This document shows positions 62,747-64,000 of a stretch of DNA of 64,000 nt, in pieces. The notes beneath the pieces were generated by a model that made no database searches, was not told the origin of the DNA, and worked only from the letters and a program-made list of their open reading frames with translations. Position 1 is the stretch's first letter; each line of letters opens with the position of its first letter. Source of the DNA: an uncultured bacterium. GTDB lineage: Bacteria; CAYJRR01. A program made the position numbers and the translations under genes. Where the stretch lies: contig CAYJRR010000001.1 in assembly GCA_964372275.1 (NCBI GenBank), positions 4,962 to 68,961 of the forward strand, read 5' to 3'.

Positions 62747-64000
62747 TCCGCGCGAACGCCGATCCCTTCGTAGACGAATCCCTGCCGGTGGAGGCCGTAG
62801 GTCGACCAGACGTTCCGGCCGTCGAGAAGCAGCGGGCGGCGTAGGAGCGCCTTGAGCCGGTCGAAGTCGGGGCTGTGGTACTGCCGCCATTCGGTGACCA
62901 GGATCAGGGCGTCGCATCCCTCGGCGGCCTGGTAGGCGTCGTCGACCACCTCCACGCGGTCGCCGAATCGCGCGCGCGCCACCGCCCCCGCCGCGGGATC
63001 GTGCCCCACCACCGACGCCCCCTCGGCGAGACAGCCCTCGATCAGCGCCACCGCCGGCGACTCGCGTAGGTCGTCGGTTCCCGGCTTGAAGGCGAGCCCC
63101 CAGACGGCGAGCCTTCGGCCTCGCAGGTCGCCGTCGAAATGGTGCTTCAGCTTCCGCAGCAACAAGCCCTTTTGCCGCGCGTTCACGCGGTGGGTCGCCC
63201 CCGCGATCTCCAGCTCCACGCCGTGGTCGTGCCCGCTCCGGACCAGCGCCTGCACGTCCTTCGAGAAGCACGATCCCCCGTAGCCGGGTCCGGCGTAGAG
63301 GAATTTGTTTCCGATGCGGGTGTCGCTTCCGACGCCGAGGCGCACCTGCCGGACGTCGGCCCCGACCTTCTCGCAGAGCTGGGCGATCTCGTTCATGAAC
63401 GAGATGCGCATCGCCAGCATGGTGTTGGCGACGTACTTCGCCAGCTCCGCGCTCGCCGGTTCCATCCAGAGGATGCGGTCGCGGTCGAGGCAGAGCGGAT
63501 GGTAGAGCCGGCGCATCGTCTCCCGGCCGGGTCCGTCGCGATCGCACCCGATCACGATCCGGTCGGGTCGGAGGAAGTCGTTCACCGCGTCCCCCTCCTT
63601 CAGGAACTCCGGATTGGAGACGACGTCGATCGCGGCCGCCGATCCCTTCACGATCCGCCGGACGCGGGCGTTGGTGCCGACCGGGACGGTGCTCTTGAGG
63701 ACCAGCACCGTCTGCCGCGATGCCTTGGCCGCGACCGTCTCGGCGACGCGGTCGACGGCCGACAGGTCGGCGGCGCCGTCGGCGCGCGGCGGGGTGCCGA
63801 CGGCGACGAAGACGACGGAGGCCCCTTCGACCGCGGCCGGCACGTCGTCGACGAAGGACAGCCGGGCGGCCTCGGCGTTCCGGTCGACGATCTCCTGAAG
63901 ACCCGGCTCGAAGACCGGAAGCTCCCCCCGGCGGAGCCGATCGATCTTGACCGCGTCGACGTCGGCGCAGACGACGTCGTTCCCCATCTCCGCAAAGGAG
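62743..64000 (-). CDS. ugd: UDP-glucose 6-dehydrogenase, 5' end beyond the window
   Basis: [23 protein letters not shown]. Catalytic [11 protein letters not shown]-terminal UDP-binding domain. The N-terminal Rossmann GxGxxG is missing, so the true start lies past 64000. Confidence 0.85.
   Translation of the reverse strand, partial: SFAEMGNDVVCADVDAVKIDRLRRGELPVFEPGLQEIVDRNAEAARLSFVDDVPAAVEGASVVFVAVGTPPRADGAADLSAVDRVAETVAAKASRQTVLVLKSTVPVGTNARVRRIVKGSAAAIDVVSNPEFLKEGDAVNDFLRPDRIVIGCDRDGPGRETMRRLYHPLCLDRDRILWMEPASAELAKYVANTMLAMRISFMNEIAQLCEKVGADVRQVRLGVGSDTRIGNKFLYAGPGYGGSCFSKDVQALVRSGHDHGVELEIAGATHRVNARQKGLLLRKLKHHFDGDLRGRRLAVWGLAFKPGTDDLRESPAVALIEGCLAEGASVVGHDPAAGAVARARFGDRVEVVDDAYQAAEGCDALILVTEWRQYHSPDFDRLKALLRRPLLLDGRNVWSTYGLHRQGFVYEGIGVRAD

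Noticed and set aside
1-64000. CRISPR arrays, transposases, insertion sequences, prophage genes
   Set aside because: No spacer-repeat arrays, DDE or serine/tyrosine recombinase motifs, or phage structural proteins were seen in any frame.

Overview
High-GC (~70%) bacterial chromosomal segment, probably from a Myxococcota/delta-proteobacteria-like organism. The clues are an RpoH sigma-32, a PEP-CTERM/XrtA-type EPS locus, PSCyt1 and TIGR02436-like families, and giant Ser/Thr-kinase STAND proteins. I support about 65 protein genes and one tRNA-Gln(TTG). I see no transposase, integrase, CRISPR array or rRNA. Recognisable housekeeping blocks are rpsF-rpsR-rplI, prs-rplY-pth, ispE, rpoZ, dnaJ, an hsp20-rpoH operon and tolQ-tolR-tolA-tolB-ppx. 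Accessory content falls into five groups. (1) A MerR-controlled thiophilic-metal cluster at 12.6-19.0 kb: arsC, rhomboid, merR plus operator, a Cys-motif membrane protein, a novel Cys-rich lipoprotein, a Tat/YHS protein, a His-rich protein and a TonB-dependent receptor. Two secreted proteins here have signal peptides separated from their mature domains by in-frame TGA codons. (2) A four-gene cluster at 19.0-22.5 kb abutting tRNA-Gln. Four otherwise unrelated proteins (ankyrin, TM-HEAT, two paralogous TM zinc-ribbon proteins) share a C-terminal tail motif of the form G-x-[LV]-S-L-A ... G-A-L-S-x-P ... G-A-[LV]-S. This is my best candidate for an undescribed system. (3) An exopolysaccharide locus at 34.8-48.1 kb with an embedded REC-PilZ / Ser-Thr kinase / adenylate cyclase module. 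(4) A cluster of DnaA-box-like motifs at about 48.9-49.3 kb, a candidate oriC. (5) A copper module: PSCyt1-like lipoprotein, multicopper oxidase and a decayed copB-like remnant. There are also apparent frameshifts in rplY and the copB-like remnant, and a 300-bp hexamer-periodic inverted repeat encoding Gly-X dipeptide repeats on both strands. All calls rest on reading the supplied translations and DNA by eye. No database searches were run.
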